The notes under the pieces were generated by a model that was given only the letters and a program-made list of their open reading frames with translations, did no database searches and was not told where the DNA came from. A stretch of 64,000 nucleotides of DNA from Syntrophales bacterium (GTDB lineage Bacteria > Desulfobacterota > Syntrophia > Syntrophales > UBA8958), in NCBI GenBank assembly GCA_035448805.1, contig DAOTJR010000004.1:35848-99847 (forward strand), read 5' to 3'. A program made the translations under genes and the position numbers. Below, one piece after another: positions 31,122 through 40,445 of the stretch (within the stretch, counting starts at the first letter, position 1; each line of letters begins with the position of its first letter).

Positions 31122-31379
31122 ATCAATCCTTCACGAGCGCATTGTCCGGTGAAATCCACTTGGAGACACGCCGGTATGTTCCAAGCACAAAAAAAGGGAG
31201 GCCGCGGGTTTTCAGCGGCTAAAGAAGGGCAACCGTTTATACGCAGCGGCGGAATTATTTGCGCATGAATATGACGTCGCCGATTCTAAAGAACCTTCAA
31301 CATGCGCATTTATTGATGTCGTTGTGTATAGGAAGCGCAGCTATGTCCGTTTTTATCCATAAAGCGGGGGGAATAAGCG

Positions 31380-31946
31380 ATGGGTGGTCATGAATTAACC
31401 GGGTGCCGGCTGCGGTTCTGCCTGCGGTTGGGGCTGCCGGTCATGGTCGTGATCTTCCTCTTGGCGGCCTGCGCCGCCCCGGGGCCGCCGCCCCCGCCGG
31501 GTAGCCTGGCGGCCCGTTTTCAGAGTGATACCGCCCTGTTCCGGGAAGGGTACGAGCGTCTCCGGGGGGTGGAGAAACCGCGGGATTACGAGGTGGCGCG
31601 GCAGACCTTCCTCCTCATCCTGGAAAAGTATCCCAAAAGCAAATGGCGGGACTACGCCGCAGTGTATCTCCGGCTTCTTAACGAACAACAGGCCCTCCGG
31701 AAAGAGGCGGAGGACCTCCGGAATCAAGGGCAGGCGGATCGCCGGGCCGCCGTGTCCCGGCAGGCGGAGTTGGAAAAGGAACTGCGTGAGCAGGGGTTGC
31801 TTATGGAGAAAGGGCGTTCGGAAACGGTCCGCCTGCTCCAGGAAAATCAGGCCCTCCGTCTCGAAAACGAACGGCTCACAAACAAACTCGATTCGCTGAA
31901 GCGCCTGGAGATCGAGTTGGAGCGACGGGACAAGCTCTACCGCTGA
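31380..31946 (+). CDS. Putative lipoprotein with a C-terminal coiled coil (hypothetical)
   Basis: Lipobox-like FLLAAC after an Arg-rich N-region. There is a helical N-domain and then a heptad-rich tail (NEQQALRKEAEDLRNQ...LRLENERLTNKLDSLKRLEIELERRDK). Confidence 0.5.
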   Translation: MGGHELTGCRLRFCLRLGLPVMVVIFLLAACAAPGPPPPPGSLAARFQSDTALFREGYERLRGVEKPRDYEVARQTFLLILEKYPKSKWRDYAAVYLRLLNEQQALRKEAEDLRNQGQADRRAAVSRQAELEKELREQGLLMEKGRSETVRLLQENQALRLENERLTNKLDSLKRLEIELERRDKLYR

Positions 31947-32437
31947 AGGGCGAGGGTGAGTCCCAGGGCCGTTTTGACGTCCCGGATGGCGCCGTCGGCC
32001 AGCATCCGTCGGACTTCCGCCGGCGAAACCGCGACCACGGCGATATCTTCGTCGGCGTCGGGAGGGAGAGGCGCCGCCGTCAGCTCCTCGGCGAGATAGA
32101 AGTGCATGTATTCATTACCGTAGCCGGGCAGGAGAAAACCCGCGAAGAGTTTGGTGATCCGGCCGGCACGAAAACCCGTTTCCTCCCGCAGTTCCCGCTG
32201 GACGCAGTCTTCCGGCGTTTCCCCCCCGTCGACACTGCCCGCCGGTATCTCCAGTAGATAATCTCCCGTGGCGTGGCGGTACTGGCGGATGAGCAGAAAA
32301 TTTCCCTTCCCGTCCCGGGGCACCACGGCGATGCAGGGCTGATGGTCGATCCAGCTCAGCCGGGTCCGATGGCCGTTGGGCAGGGCTACCTCCTCTTCCA
32401 GGACCTTGAAGATACGGCAGGTGTAAACGACGGGCAT
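31937..32437 (-). CDS. NUDIX hydrolase (ADP-ribose pyrophosphatase-like)
   Basis: Nudix box GGETPEDCVQRELREETGF within 166 aa. The N-terminus is similar to NudF-type enzymes. Confidence 0.85.
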   Translation of the reverse strand: MPVVYTCRIFKVLEEEVALPNGHRTRLSWIDHQPCIAVVPRDGKGNFLLIRQYRHATGDYLLEIPAGSVDGGETPEDCVQRELREETGFRAGRITKLFAGFLLPGYGNEYMHFYLAEELTAAPLPPDADEDIAVVAVSPAEVRRMLADGAIRDVKTALGLTLALQR

Positions 32438-32456
32438 GGCTGTTTCCTTTCGGTGC

Positions 32457-33023
32457 TCAGTTGGTTTTCATGACGGCCAGGAGGCGGCGTTCGATCTCGT
32501 CCCTGGGCAGGGCGCCGACGGCGCGGCTGAGGAGCTTCCCTTCCCGGAAGAAGAGCAGGGTGGGGATATTGCGGATGTCGTACTGCGCGGCGGTGACGGG
32601 GTTTTCATCCACGTTCAGTTTGGCGATCCTGACCCCGCCGGCGTATTTTGCCGCCAGTTCCTCGAGGATGGGGGCCACCATCCGGCAGGGGGCGCACCAG
32701 GGGGCCCAGCAATCGACGATAACGGTTCCCGCCGCCGTGAGCACTTCCCGGGCGAAGGCGGCGTCGGTAATGTCGAAGGGCTTGCCGGTATCGCCGCTGA
32801 CCACCAGGGGGGCCCCGCAGCGGCCGCAGCGGGGCCGCTCGTTGAGGCGCGTCTCCGGCATGCGGTTTTTTGTCCCGCAGCTCAGGCAGCGGATGATCAT
32901 ATCGTCCAGGGAGGCCCCGCACCGGCCGCAGCTTGGCCGGTCCTGCATCCTCTCCCGGGGGATGCGGTTTTTTGTCCCGCAGTTCAGACAGCGGACGATG
33001 ATTTGTTCTTCCGGTCCGGACAT
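32457..33023 (-). CDS. trxC: Thioredoxin with two tandem N-terminal CxxC...CxxC zinc-ribbon modules (Trx2/TrxC-like)
   Basis: ATG 33023. Two ~31-aa repeats: IIVRCLNCGTKNRIPRERMQDRPSCGRCGASL and MIIRCLSCGTKNRMPETRLNERPRCGRCGAPL. A thioredoxin fold with WAPWCAPCR follows. The ORF-track start at 33569 runs through the upstream gene in another frame. Confidence 0.85.
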   Translation of the reverse strand: MSGPEEQIIVRCLNCGTKNRIPRERMQDRPSCGRCGASLDDMIIRCLSCGTKNRMPETRLNERPRCGRCGAPLVVSGDTGKPFDITDAAFAREVLTAAGTVIVDCWAPWCAPCRMVAPILEELAAKYAGGVRIAKLNVDENPVTAAQYDIRNIPTLLFFREGKLLSRAVGALPRDEIERRLLAVMKTN

Positions 33024-33031
33024 GGTTGACC

Positions 33032-33520
33032 TCACTTCGTGGTTGCTGCCTCCACCGGGATCGGGTGCAGGATGCGCTCCAGTTCCCGGGGGTTCATTTC
33101 CGCCAGGATCCCCCGGTGGCCGGCATTGATGAGGATCAGCGGCAGGGTGAGAATCGTCGCCTCGATGTAAACCGGCAGACGTTTCCTGGTGCCGAAGGGG
33201 GACGTACCCCCGACCTTGTAACCGGTATGCCGCTCTGCGACCCGGGGATCGCAGGGCCTGACCGCCTTGACGCCGAGGGTGCGGGCGAGGGATTTCGTCG
33301 ATACGTCCCGGTCGCCGTGCATGAGGATGATCAGGGGGCGGCCGTTTTCGTCTTCCATGACCAGGGTCTTGATCACTATATGCTCGTCCACGCCCAGCTC
33401 CCGGGCCGAGACCTTCGTGCCGCCCCGTTCCACGTACTTGTAGGCCCGGAGCTGGAAGGCGGCGTCGTGACTTTTCAGCTCCCGCATGGCCGGCGTCATG
33501 GGAAATTTCTCTTTGGACAT
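33032..33520 (-). CDS. ybaK: Cys-tRNA(Pro)/Cys-tRNA(Cys) deacylase YbaK/EbsC family
   Basis: 162 aa. Blocks: TPAMRELKSHDAAF, VIKTLVMEDENGRPLIILMHGDRDVSTKSLAR, and YKVGGTSPFG. Confidence 0.85.
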   Translation of the reverse strand: MSKEKFPMTPAMRELKSHDAAFQLRAYKYVERGGTKVSARELGVDEHIVIKTLVMEDENGRPLIILMHGDRDVSTKSLARTLGVKAVRPCDPRVAERHTGYKVGGTSPFGTRKRLPVYIEATILTLPLILINAGHRGILAEMNPRELERILHPIPVEAATTK

Positions 33521-33673
33521 GAGTACCTCTGCCGGCGGCTAAAATAGCCATTTCCGACCGGGGAGTCAATAGGAAGCGAAGGCAGCATACCTGAAAAATC
33601 GCGACAAGTAAAGACTGGGACTTTTTCGCGGCTTTGTTGTATAATCGACGCCGCTCAACGAGGAGGGAACGGC

Positions 33674-35032
33674 ATGCGGGTCATTATTATCGGCGCCGGT
33701 GAGGTCGGTTATCACATCGCCAAGAAACTTTCCGAAGAAAACCAGGAGGTGGTGCTCATCGACAAGGATCCCGCCAAGATCCGGAGGATCGGTGAGAATC
33801 TGGACGTCCAGGCCTATCTGGGCTCCGGAACGAGCCCTCAGGCCCTCCGCTCCGTGGGTGTCGAGGAGGCGGAACTGCTGGTGGCCGCCACGGACAGCGA
33901 CGAAGCCAACCTGATTGCCTGCCTGCTGGCGAGAAATCTCAACCGCCACATGGTCAAGGTGGCCCGGGTCCGCAACGAGGAGTACCTCCGGGAGGAAAGG
34001 CTGTTCAGCAAAGATCTCCTCGGGGTCGATCTGCTCATCAATACCAGGGCGATGATGGTGGAGACGATCCTGGGCCTCATGGAAGTCCCCGGGGCGTCGG
34101 AGGTCATAGATTTCGTCGGCGGCAAGGTGAAGATGGTGAGCTTCCTCATTTCCGCGGATTCGCCGCTGGCGGGAAAAAGATTAAGCGACTTGAAGGCTTA
34201 TGAGGGGAATCTCCTGGTCGGGGCCATCGTCCGGGGCCACCGGATTCTCATCCCCAGCGGCCGGGACATCATCCAGCCCCAGGATCTGGTCTATTTCGTC
34301 CTCAAGAAATCCGAACTGACCGCCACCCTGACCCAGTTCGGCATGGTGACCAGACCGATGAAAAACATCATCATTGTCGGGGCGGGGGAGACGGGGATGG
34401 CCGTCGCCAGGGCGCTGGACGAACGGCGGCTGAACGTCAAGATCATCGATCAGGACGGGGATCGCTGCAAGAAACTGGCCGGCATCCTGAACCGGGTGAT
34501 CGTGATCCGGGGGGACGGTGCCGACCGGGACCTCCTCCGGGAAGAAAATGCCGGGGAGATGGACCTGATCATCGCTTTGACGGGGGATGAGGAGAGCAAT
34601 GTCCTCATCTCTTTGCTGGCCCGGGAGCTGGGGGCCCGGCGTACCATCACCCGGGTGAGCAAGCTGAGCTACATGTCCATCGTGTCCGCCGTCGGACTGG
34701 ACACGGTGATCAACCCCCGCATGGCGGCGGTGCGGGCGATCCTCCAGTACATCCGCCGGGGCCGGATCCTGTCCGTGGCGCCCCTGCGGGAGGAGCAGGC
34801 CGAAGCCATCGAAGCGGAGGCCCTGGAGACATCGGATATCGTCAATACCCCCCTGGCCAAGGTGAACTTCCCCCCGGGGGCCATCCTGGGCGCCATCGTC
34901 CGGGGGGAAGAGATCATCATTCCCCAGGGGGATACCATTGTCCTGCCCCATGACCGGATCATCATCTTCGCCCTCCAGCAGGTTCTGCCCAGACTGGAGG
35001 AACTGCTGACCGTGAAGCTGGAGTATTTCTGA
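33674..35032 (+). CDS. trkA: Trk potassium uptake system NAD-binding subunit TrkA (two RCK modules)
   Basis: Two Rossmann starts: MRVIIIGAGEVGYHIA and NIIIVGAGETGMAVA. 452 aa. The stop overlaps the trkH ATG (TGATG). Confidence 0.9.
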   Translation: MRVIIIGAGEVGYHIAKKLSEENQEVVLIDKDPAKIRRIGENLDVQAYLGSGTSPQALRSVGVEEAELLVAATDSDEANLIACLLARNLNRHMVKVARVRNEEYLREERLFSKDLLGVDLLINTRAMMVETILGLMEVPGASEVIDFVGGKVKMVSFLISADSPLAGKRLSDLKAYEGNLLVGAIVRGHRILIPSGRDIIQPQDLVYFVLKKSELTATLTQFGMVTRPMKNIIIVGAGETGMAVARALDERRLNVKIIDQDGDRCKKLAGILNRVIVIRGDGADRDLLREENAGEMDLIIALTGDEESNVLISLLARELGARRTITRVSKLSYMSIVSAVGLDTVINPRMAAVRAILQYIRRGRILSVAPLREEQAEAIEAEALETSDIVNTPLAKVNFPPGAILGAIVRGEEIIIPQGDTIVLPHDRIIIFALQQVLPRLEELLTVKLEYF

Positions 35033-36480
35033 TGAATCTCCGCCTGATCACCTATCTGGTGGCGGTGCTGGTCTTTGCCATCGGTATCTCCATGATCGTG
35101 CCGCTGGGGGTGGCATGGTACTACCGCGACGGCAGCGCCTCGGCATTCCTGCTTTCCCTCTTGGCGAACTGCGGTCTTGGCGGTGTCGTCCTCCTCGGGA
35201 CGCGGCGCGACCAAAGCTTCCACCTGAGTCACCGGGACGGGGTGGCCATCGTCACCCTGGGCTGGCTGGTCGCAGGGCTGGCGGCGACGCTGCCCTATCT
35301 GTTTTCCGGGGCGATTCCCGCGTTCACCGACGCCTATTTCGAGAGCATCTCCGGATTTACGACCACCGGATCGAGCATCCTTGCGGACATCGAACGCCTG
35401 CCCCCGGGGGTCCTCTTCTGGCGTTCCCAGACCCAGTGGCTGGGCGGGATGGGGATCATCGTTCTGTCCATCGCCATCCTCCCTTTTCTCGGTGTCGGCG
35501 GCATGCAGCTCTACAAGGCCGAGACGCCCAGTCCCGTGGTGGACAAGCTGACCCCGCGGATCTCCGACACCGCCCAGGCCCTCTGGAAGATCTACATCGT
35601 CCTCACCATCGCCCAGATCTTCCTGCTCATGACCGGGGGGATGAACTGGTTCGATGCGATCTGCCACAGTTTCACCACCATGCCCACCGGCGGCTTCTCC
35701 CCCAAAAACGCCAGCGTTGGCCACTACCGGAGCCTCTATATCGACCTGATCATTATCCTGTTCATGTTTGTGGCGGGGATAAATTTCTCTTTGCATTACA
35801 AGCTCTTGACGGGCAGGGCCCGGCAGTTCTTCCGGGATCCGGAATTCCGCTCCTATCTTTTCATCACCGTTGCGGTCGTTGTGGTCATCACCGTGGATAT
35901 CTACGGGACGGTCTATACCCGGCTGGGCGAGGCCCTCCGTTACGCCGCCTTCCAGGTGGTGTCCGTCATGACGACCACCGGTTTCGTCACGGCGGATTTT
36001 GAAAGGTGGCCCGTGTTGTCCCAGCAGCTCCTCTTGATCTGCATGTTCCTGGGGAGCATGGCCGGCTCCACCGGGGGGGGGATCAAGATCATGCGCATCG
36101 TTCTGCTGGCGAAGCACTGCTATCTGGAGATCTTCCGGATCATCCATCCCCACGCCACCACCGTGGTCAAGCTGGGGGAAACCCCGGTCCCCCAGACGAT
36201 CATGAGAAGCATCTGGGGCTTTTTTCTCCTCTATGTGGGGATTTACATCATGGCGACGGTGGCGATGGCGGCCCTGGGGCTGGATATGATCTCTTCGCTT
36301 TCCGCCGTGGCCACCTGTCTGGGTAACGTGGGTCCCGGCCTGGGGAGTGTGGGACCTATGGATAATTTCTCCGGCGTGCCCTTGCCGGGCAAGTGGCTCC
36401 TCATCTTCTGCATGCTCCTGGGCCGCCTGGAGATCTACACGATCATCGTCCTTATCATGCCGGCCTTCTGGCGGAAATGA
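35032..36480 (+). CDS. trkH: Trk potassium uptake system membrane subunit TrkH
   Basis: 482 aa and polytopic. Selectivity-filter-like TTTGF/TTGGF motifs (ISGFTTTGSS, TTMPTGGFS, MTTTGFVT, GSTGGGIK). Confidence 0.9.
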   Translation: MNLRLITYLVAVLVFAIGISMIVPLGVAWYYRDGSASAFLLSLLANCGLGGVVLLGTRRDQSFHLSHRDGVAIVTLGWLVAGLAATLPYLFSGAIPAFTDAYFESISGFTTTGSSILADIERLPPGVLFWRSQTQWLGGMGIIVLSIAILPFLGVGGMQLYKAETPSPVVDKLTPRISDTAQALWKIYIVLTIAQIFLLMTGGMNWFDAICHSFTTMPTGGFSPKNASVGHYRSLYIDLIIILFMFVAGINFSLHYKLLTGRARQFFRDPEFRSYLFITVAVVVVITVDIYGTVYTRLGEALRYAAFQVVSVMTTTGFVTADFERWPVLSQQLLLICMFLGSMAGSTGGGIKIMRIVLLAKHCYLEIFRIIHPHATTVVKLGETPVPQTIMRSIWGFFLLYVGIYIMATVAMAALGLDMISSLSAVATCLGNVGPGLGSVGPMDNFSGVPLPGKWLLIFCMLLGRLEIYTIIVLIMPAFWRK

Positions 36481-36713
36481 GGGCGGTGACCGGGCGTTTT
36501 ATCGACGAGTAATTATTCGAGTTACGCAACGGCTTCCCGGTCCGCCGCCGGCGGGCCTTGACAAGAAAGCAGCCGGTCCTGACCGGGTCGATTTGCCCGG
36601 CAGGACGACAATGAATCCGCGTGATTTACCGGAAACCGTTTTGAGCGTGCGGAGGAGCTGCCTGAATATGACCGTAAAAAAGAATATCGCGATGATCGGA
36701 GGCGTCAAAACTT

Positions 36714-37148
36714 ATGCATGAAAAAATAGCGGCATTGATCACCACCAACGATGTCTGTGTCCTGGCCACGGCGTCCGGGATGACGCCGCACTGTTCCCTC
36801 ATGTCTTATGCCGTCACGGACGACGGCCGGGAGATCTGGCTGGCTACCCATAAAAACACCAAGAAATACAAAAATATGGAGGAAAATCCCCGGGTGAGCA
36901 TCCTTATCGATTCCCGGGAGCGGGACCGGGAAGACCGGCGCTCCCGGGCCAAGGCCCTCACCATCTCCGGGGTTATGGAAACGGCGCGGGAAAGGGATAA
37001 AATAGCGGCGATCCGGAGCCGCCTCCTGGCCCGCCATCCCCATCTCGCGGCGTTTCTGGACCACCCCGACGCGGTGTTCCTGGTTTTCCGGGCGGAAAGA
37101 TACCAGTTGCTGGAGGGGGTCGACGCGGCCTATTACGAGGAGGCCTGA
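36714..37148 (+). CDS. Pyridoxamine 5'-phosphate oxidase-family (FMN-binding split barrel) protein
   Basis: 144 aa. Blocks VCVLATASGMTPHCSLMSYAV...IWLATHKNTKKYKNMEENPRVSILID resemble PNPOx-like proteins. Confidence 0.7.
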   Translation: MHEKIAALITTNDVCVLATASGMTPHCSLMSYAVTDDGREIWLATHKNTKKYKNMEENPRVSILIDSRERDREDRRSRAKALTISGVMETARERDKIAAIRSRLLARHPHLAAFLDHPDAVFLVFRAERYQLLEGVDAAYYEEA

Positions 37149-37364
37149 CGCCGCCGGTCCGGGGGCCGGTGGCGATACGGTTAGGAAACCCCGGGTTCGT
37201 AAGGGGCGCACCGGCGGATGTACGGCTCGTGACGGTGTCCCGTCGCAACTCACTCTTCATCCCGAGGCGGCACCGGTGAAAGGTGAAAATGACATAAAGA
37301 AACCGACGGGATACATGCTGATCAAAACCGCCCCGCAGGGAGGGGAGAGGGGAAAGGAGGGCTT

Positions 37365-38276
37365 ATGAAGGTATTTATGACCGGAGGAACCGGTTTCGTC
37401 GGGGCCACCCTGACCAGGAGCCTTTTGGAAGACGGTCATGAGGTCCGGATTCTCACCCGGCCGGGAGAATCCCGCCGGACCATCCCCGCCGGGGCGGAAG
37501 TGGTCGTCGGCGATCCCGTCGTGCGCGGCCTCTGGCAGGACCGGGTCTCCGACCACGATGTCATCATCAATCTGGCCGGGGCTTCCATCTTCAGCCGCTG
37601 GAACGACACGGTGAAGAAGCAGTTGCGCTCCAGCCGCATCCTCACCACCCGCCATCTGGTCGAGGCCCTGGGACGTAACGACGGCGGGGGAAAGCATCTC
37701 TTGAGCGCCTCCGCCGTAGGTTATTACGGGTTCCATGACGAAGAAATCCTCACGGAGGACGAGCCGCCGGGGAAGGATTTCCTGGCCGCCCTGGCCGCCG
37801 ACTGGGAGCGGGAGGCGCTGGCGGCGCAGGGGCTGGGCGTCCGGACCGTGACCTGCCGTTTCGGGATCGTCCTGGGACGTAACGGCGGGGCCCTGGGACA
37901 GATGCTCCCCCTGTTCAAATTTTGGGCGGGAAGCCCCCTGGGGTCGGGGAAGCAGTGGTTTTCCTGGATTCATGAGCGGGATCTGGCGGAGATCTTTCTC
38001 TTTCTCATCCGACACACGGAGATCGCCGGGCCCGTCAATTGCACCGCCCCGGAGGCGGTCACCAATGAAGTCTTTACCAGGGTCCTGGGGGAGGTTCTGC
38101 AGGTCCCGACCTTCCTCCCCGCCGTGCCGGGTTTCATGATGAAGCTGGTGCTGGGGGAGTTCGGTGATGTCCTCCTCCAGGGGCAGCGGGTGTTCCCGCA
38201 GAAACTGCAGGCGGCCGGTTACTCCTTCCTTTTTCCAACGCTGCGGGAGGCCCTGACGGAGCTGCTGTCGAACTGA
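37365..38276 (+). CDS. TIGR01777/YfcH-family NAD-dependent epimerase (SDR with DUF1731 C-terminus)
   Basis: Blocks: MKVFMTGGTGFVG, GKQWFSWIHERDL, and the C-terminus RVFPQKLQAAGYSFLFPTLREAL. Confidence 0.8.
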   Translation: MKVFMTGGTGFVGATLTRSLLEDGHEVRILTRPGESRRTIPAGAEVVVGDPVVRGLWQDRVSDHDVIINLAGASIFSRWNDTVKKQLRSSRILTTRHLVEALGRNDGGGKHLLSASAVGYYGFHDEEILTEDEPPGKDFLAALAADWEREALAAQGLGVRTVTCRFGIVLGRNGGALGQMLPLFKFWAGSPLGSGKQWFSWIHERDLAEIFLFLIRHTEIAGPVNCTAPEAVTNEVFTRVLGEVLQVPTFLPAVPGFMMKLVLGEFGDVLLQGQRVFPQKLQAAGYSFLFPTLREALTELLSN

Positions 38277-38386
38277 CGAGCGGCGGGGGGCTCTCCCCCC
38301 CGGCTCCGGAAGGTACCGGGGGGACGGAAGAGGATGTCTGCGGAGACGCCGGATGCCTTTTGATGGTTGGCACAGGAGACCTTTTC

Positions 38387-38842
38387 ATGACCAGAATCTT
38401 GATCGTCTATCACACCCAGACGGGGAATACGGAAAAGATGGCCCGGGCCGTGGCGGACGGCGCCCGGGCCATCGGGGATACGGAGGTGATCTGCAGGCGG
38501 GCCGCCGAGGCCACCCTGGAGGATCTGCTCGCCGCCGACGGTCTGGCGGTGGGCACTCCGGAGAACTTCGGCTATATGTCGGGAATGCTGAAAGACTTCT
38601 TCGACCGGACCTATTATCCCGCCCAGGACAGGGTCTTTCGAAAACCCTATGTGATCTTCATCAGCGCCGGCAACGACGGCACCGGGGCCCTCCGGGCCAT
38701 TGAAAGGATCGCCCTGGGTTACAAGTTCAAGCCCGTTTACGACCCCGTCATCTCCCGGGGGGCGGTCACCCCGGAGATCCTGGAGAAATGCCGGGAACTG
38801 GGCGGGGTCCTCGCCGGAGGCTGTCAGGCGGGGATCTATTAG
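38387..38842 (+). CDS. Flavodoxin-like fold FMN protein (WrbA/flavodoxin-type)
   Basis: MTRILIVYHTQTGNTEKMARAV is an FMN phosphate-binding loop; GTPENFGYMSGMLKDFFD follows. The ORF-track start at 38360 is 9 codons upstream. Confidence 0.75.
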   Translation: MTRILIVYHTQTGNTEKMARAVADGARAIGDTEVICRRAAEATLEDLLAADGLAVGTPENFGYMSGMLKDFFDRTYYPAQDRVFRKPYVIFISAGNDGTGALRAIERIALGYKFKPVYDPVISRGAVTPEILEKCRELGGVLAGGCQAGIY

Positions 38843-39008
38843 CGACCCGCGCCGCCGGGACGGCGCTTTGTCACGGGGATACGGGGGCGCCGCCGGCGGC
38901 GGCGGTTTTATCTGCCGGCGCCGCCTTTTGCCGGTCCCCGGCCGCCCGGGTAAAGGCACCCGGAACAGGCAACCCGCTCGCCGGGGGTCGGGAAACCGGC
39001 GTCATCCT

Positions 39009-40265
39009 TCAGGGGACCACCGTTTTCCAGAACAGCTCCCGGCAGGACGTCTCGATTTGCTGCAGACGGGCGAAGGCCGCCTGGAAGTCGTCCGGCGCGG
39101 CGGTGAAGATCCCGTGCCCGTGAACTATGGCGGCACCGGCCTTCCGGACGGCGGGGGGCACGGTTCGGTCCAGTCCGTAAGGACCGGCGCCGGCCTCGCC
39201 GGAGACGACGGGAACGCCGGCGATCTCCCGCGTCCGGGGGCAGAAGCGGTGACACTCCCCCCGGTGCGGGCAAGCGCCTTCCCGGCAGTCCAGGGAAAGG
39301 ATCACGATAAATTGCGGATGACCGTGGAGAACGGCCCGGCAAGGGGTTTCCAGGACAATGCGCCGGTGGGTGGGCAGTTCGATCGAGGCCGCGGCGTCCG
39401 CAGCCGACGGCCCCGGCAGGGGGACGGCGACGATGCGGCCGTCCAGGTCGTCCAGGGCGCTCCCCCGGCGGGTGATGAAGAGCTCGTCGCCGCGGCGATA
39501 GGAGATGTTCCCGAAGTTGGCATTCACCAGGCCGGCCGTCACGGTTGTCCGGCCGGCCGCCGCCATGGCCCGGAGGATCGCCGCCTCGTCCGTGAAGGGA
39601 CCGCGGCTCAGGCGCGGCGCGGCTATGGGCCCGCCCCCGCCGGGGGCCCGATAAGCACGGATATAGTCCAGGATCTCACCGGCGGCCCGGTCCCGCGCCG
39701 GTCCCGGTCCTGACGCCGACGGCAGCAGATCGGCGCAGAATTTGACGAAAACGGCGAAACAGGCGGCGCTGTATATGACGAAGGCCCTTTCCAGATCCCC
39801 CTTGGCCGTGGCGATGATCGTTCCGTCCGGGGTGACGGCGCCCCGGCGTTTCTTCAGCGCCGCCGCCAGGTCCTCTTCCCGGCCGGTTTTCCATACCGGC
39901 AGGTCGGTGAGAAAGACCCGGGTTTCAAAGTCCTGGGGCCGGATGACACCCCCGGGGGCGGCGGCGAGATGGCGGACGATCATCCCGTAGGGGTCCGGCG
40001 GCCGGGCGGCGAGGACGGCCCGCCGTTCCCACCGGCGGGCGGCTCTTTCCAGGGGCGCCCGTAACGGATCGTCACGGTTCCAGACGAATGTTGCCGTTCC
40101 GCCGGCGGCAGGGGCAGCGGCGGCGGCCGGCGCGCGCGCCGGTTGCCGGGGGCCGGTGTTGTTCCCGTCGCGCGCCGCTTCCGCCAGTCCCAGGAGCGGC
40201 GTTCCCGCCACGGCCAGATCCGCCCGGATCAGTTTCTCGGTATAGAGGGAAAAAAGGTTTTGCAT
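39009..40265 (-). CDS. Two-domain class II aldolase/adducin-like protein with a Cys-rich insertion
   Basis: The C-terminal half has FucA/MtnB-type blocks (NANFGNISYRRGDELFITRRG, VLHGHPQF, AIVHGHGIF) and an insert CREGACPHRGECHRFC. The N-terminal half is a degenerate copy. ATG 40265 is preferred over 40388. Confidence 0.6.
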   Translation of the reverse strand: MQNLFSLYTEKLIRADLAVAGTPLLGLAEAARDGNNTGPRQPARAPAAAAAPAAGGTATFVWNRDDPLRAPLERAARRWERRAVLAARPPDPYGMIVRHLAAAPGGVIRPQDFETRVFLTDLPVWKTGREEDLAAALKKRRGAVTPDGTIIATAKGDLERAFVIYSAACFAVFVKFCADLLPSASGPGPARDRAAGEILDYIRAYRAPGGGGPIAAPRLSRGPFTDEAAILRAMAAAGRTTVTAGLVNANFGNISYRRGDELFITRRGSALDDLDGRIVAVPLPGPSAADAAASIELPTHRRIVLETPCRAVLHGHPQFIVILSLDCREGACPHRGECHRFCPRTREIAGVPVVSGEAGAGPYGLDRTVPPAVRKAGAAIVHGHGIFTAAPDDFQAAFARLQQIETSCRELFWKTVVP

Positions 40266-40445
40266 GGCCAAAGGTACTATAAACTCGCTGGGGGCATGCC
40301 GCCGCCGGCGCGTGGACAAACAGCGTCCATACGGGGATGTGGATGGTACACCCCGGCGCCCGGCGTGTCTCGCTTTGCGGGGCGGCATATCTTCCCGTCC
40401 CCTCCGCCCGGCCGGGGCGGGGGGGATATGGGGGTCGAAAAGGCC

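Noticed and set aside
31122-31379. 258-nt lower-GC spacer with an 8-bp inverted repeat TGCGCATG...CATGCGCA (31260-31267 / 31301-31308) and a 42-codon ORF (MNMTSPILKNLQHAHLL...)
   Set aside because: The ORF has no convincing Shine-Dalgarno and atypical composition. The inverted repeat has a 33-nt loop and no supporting second copy. This is most simply the promoter region of the downstream lipoprotein gene.
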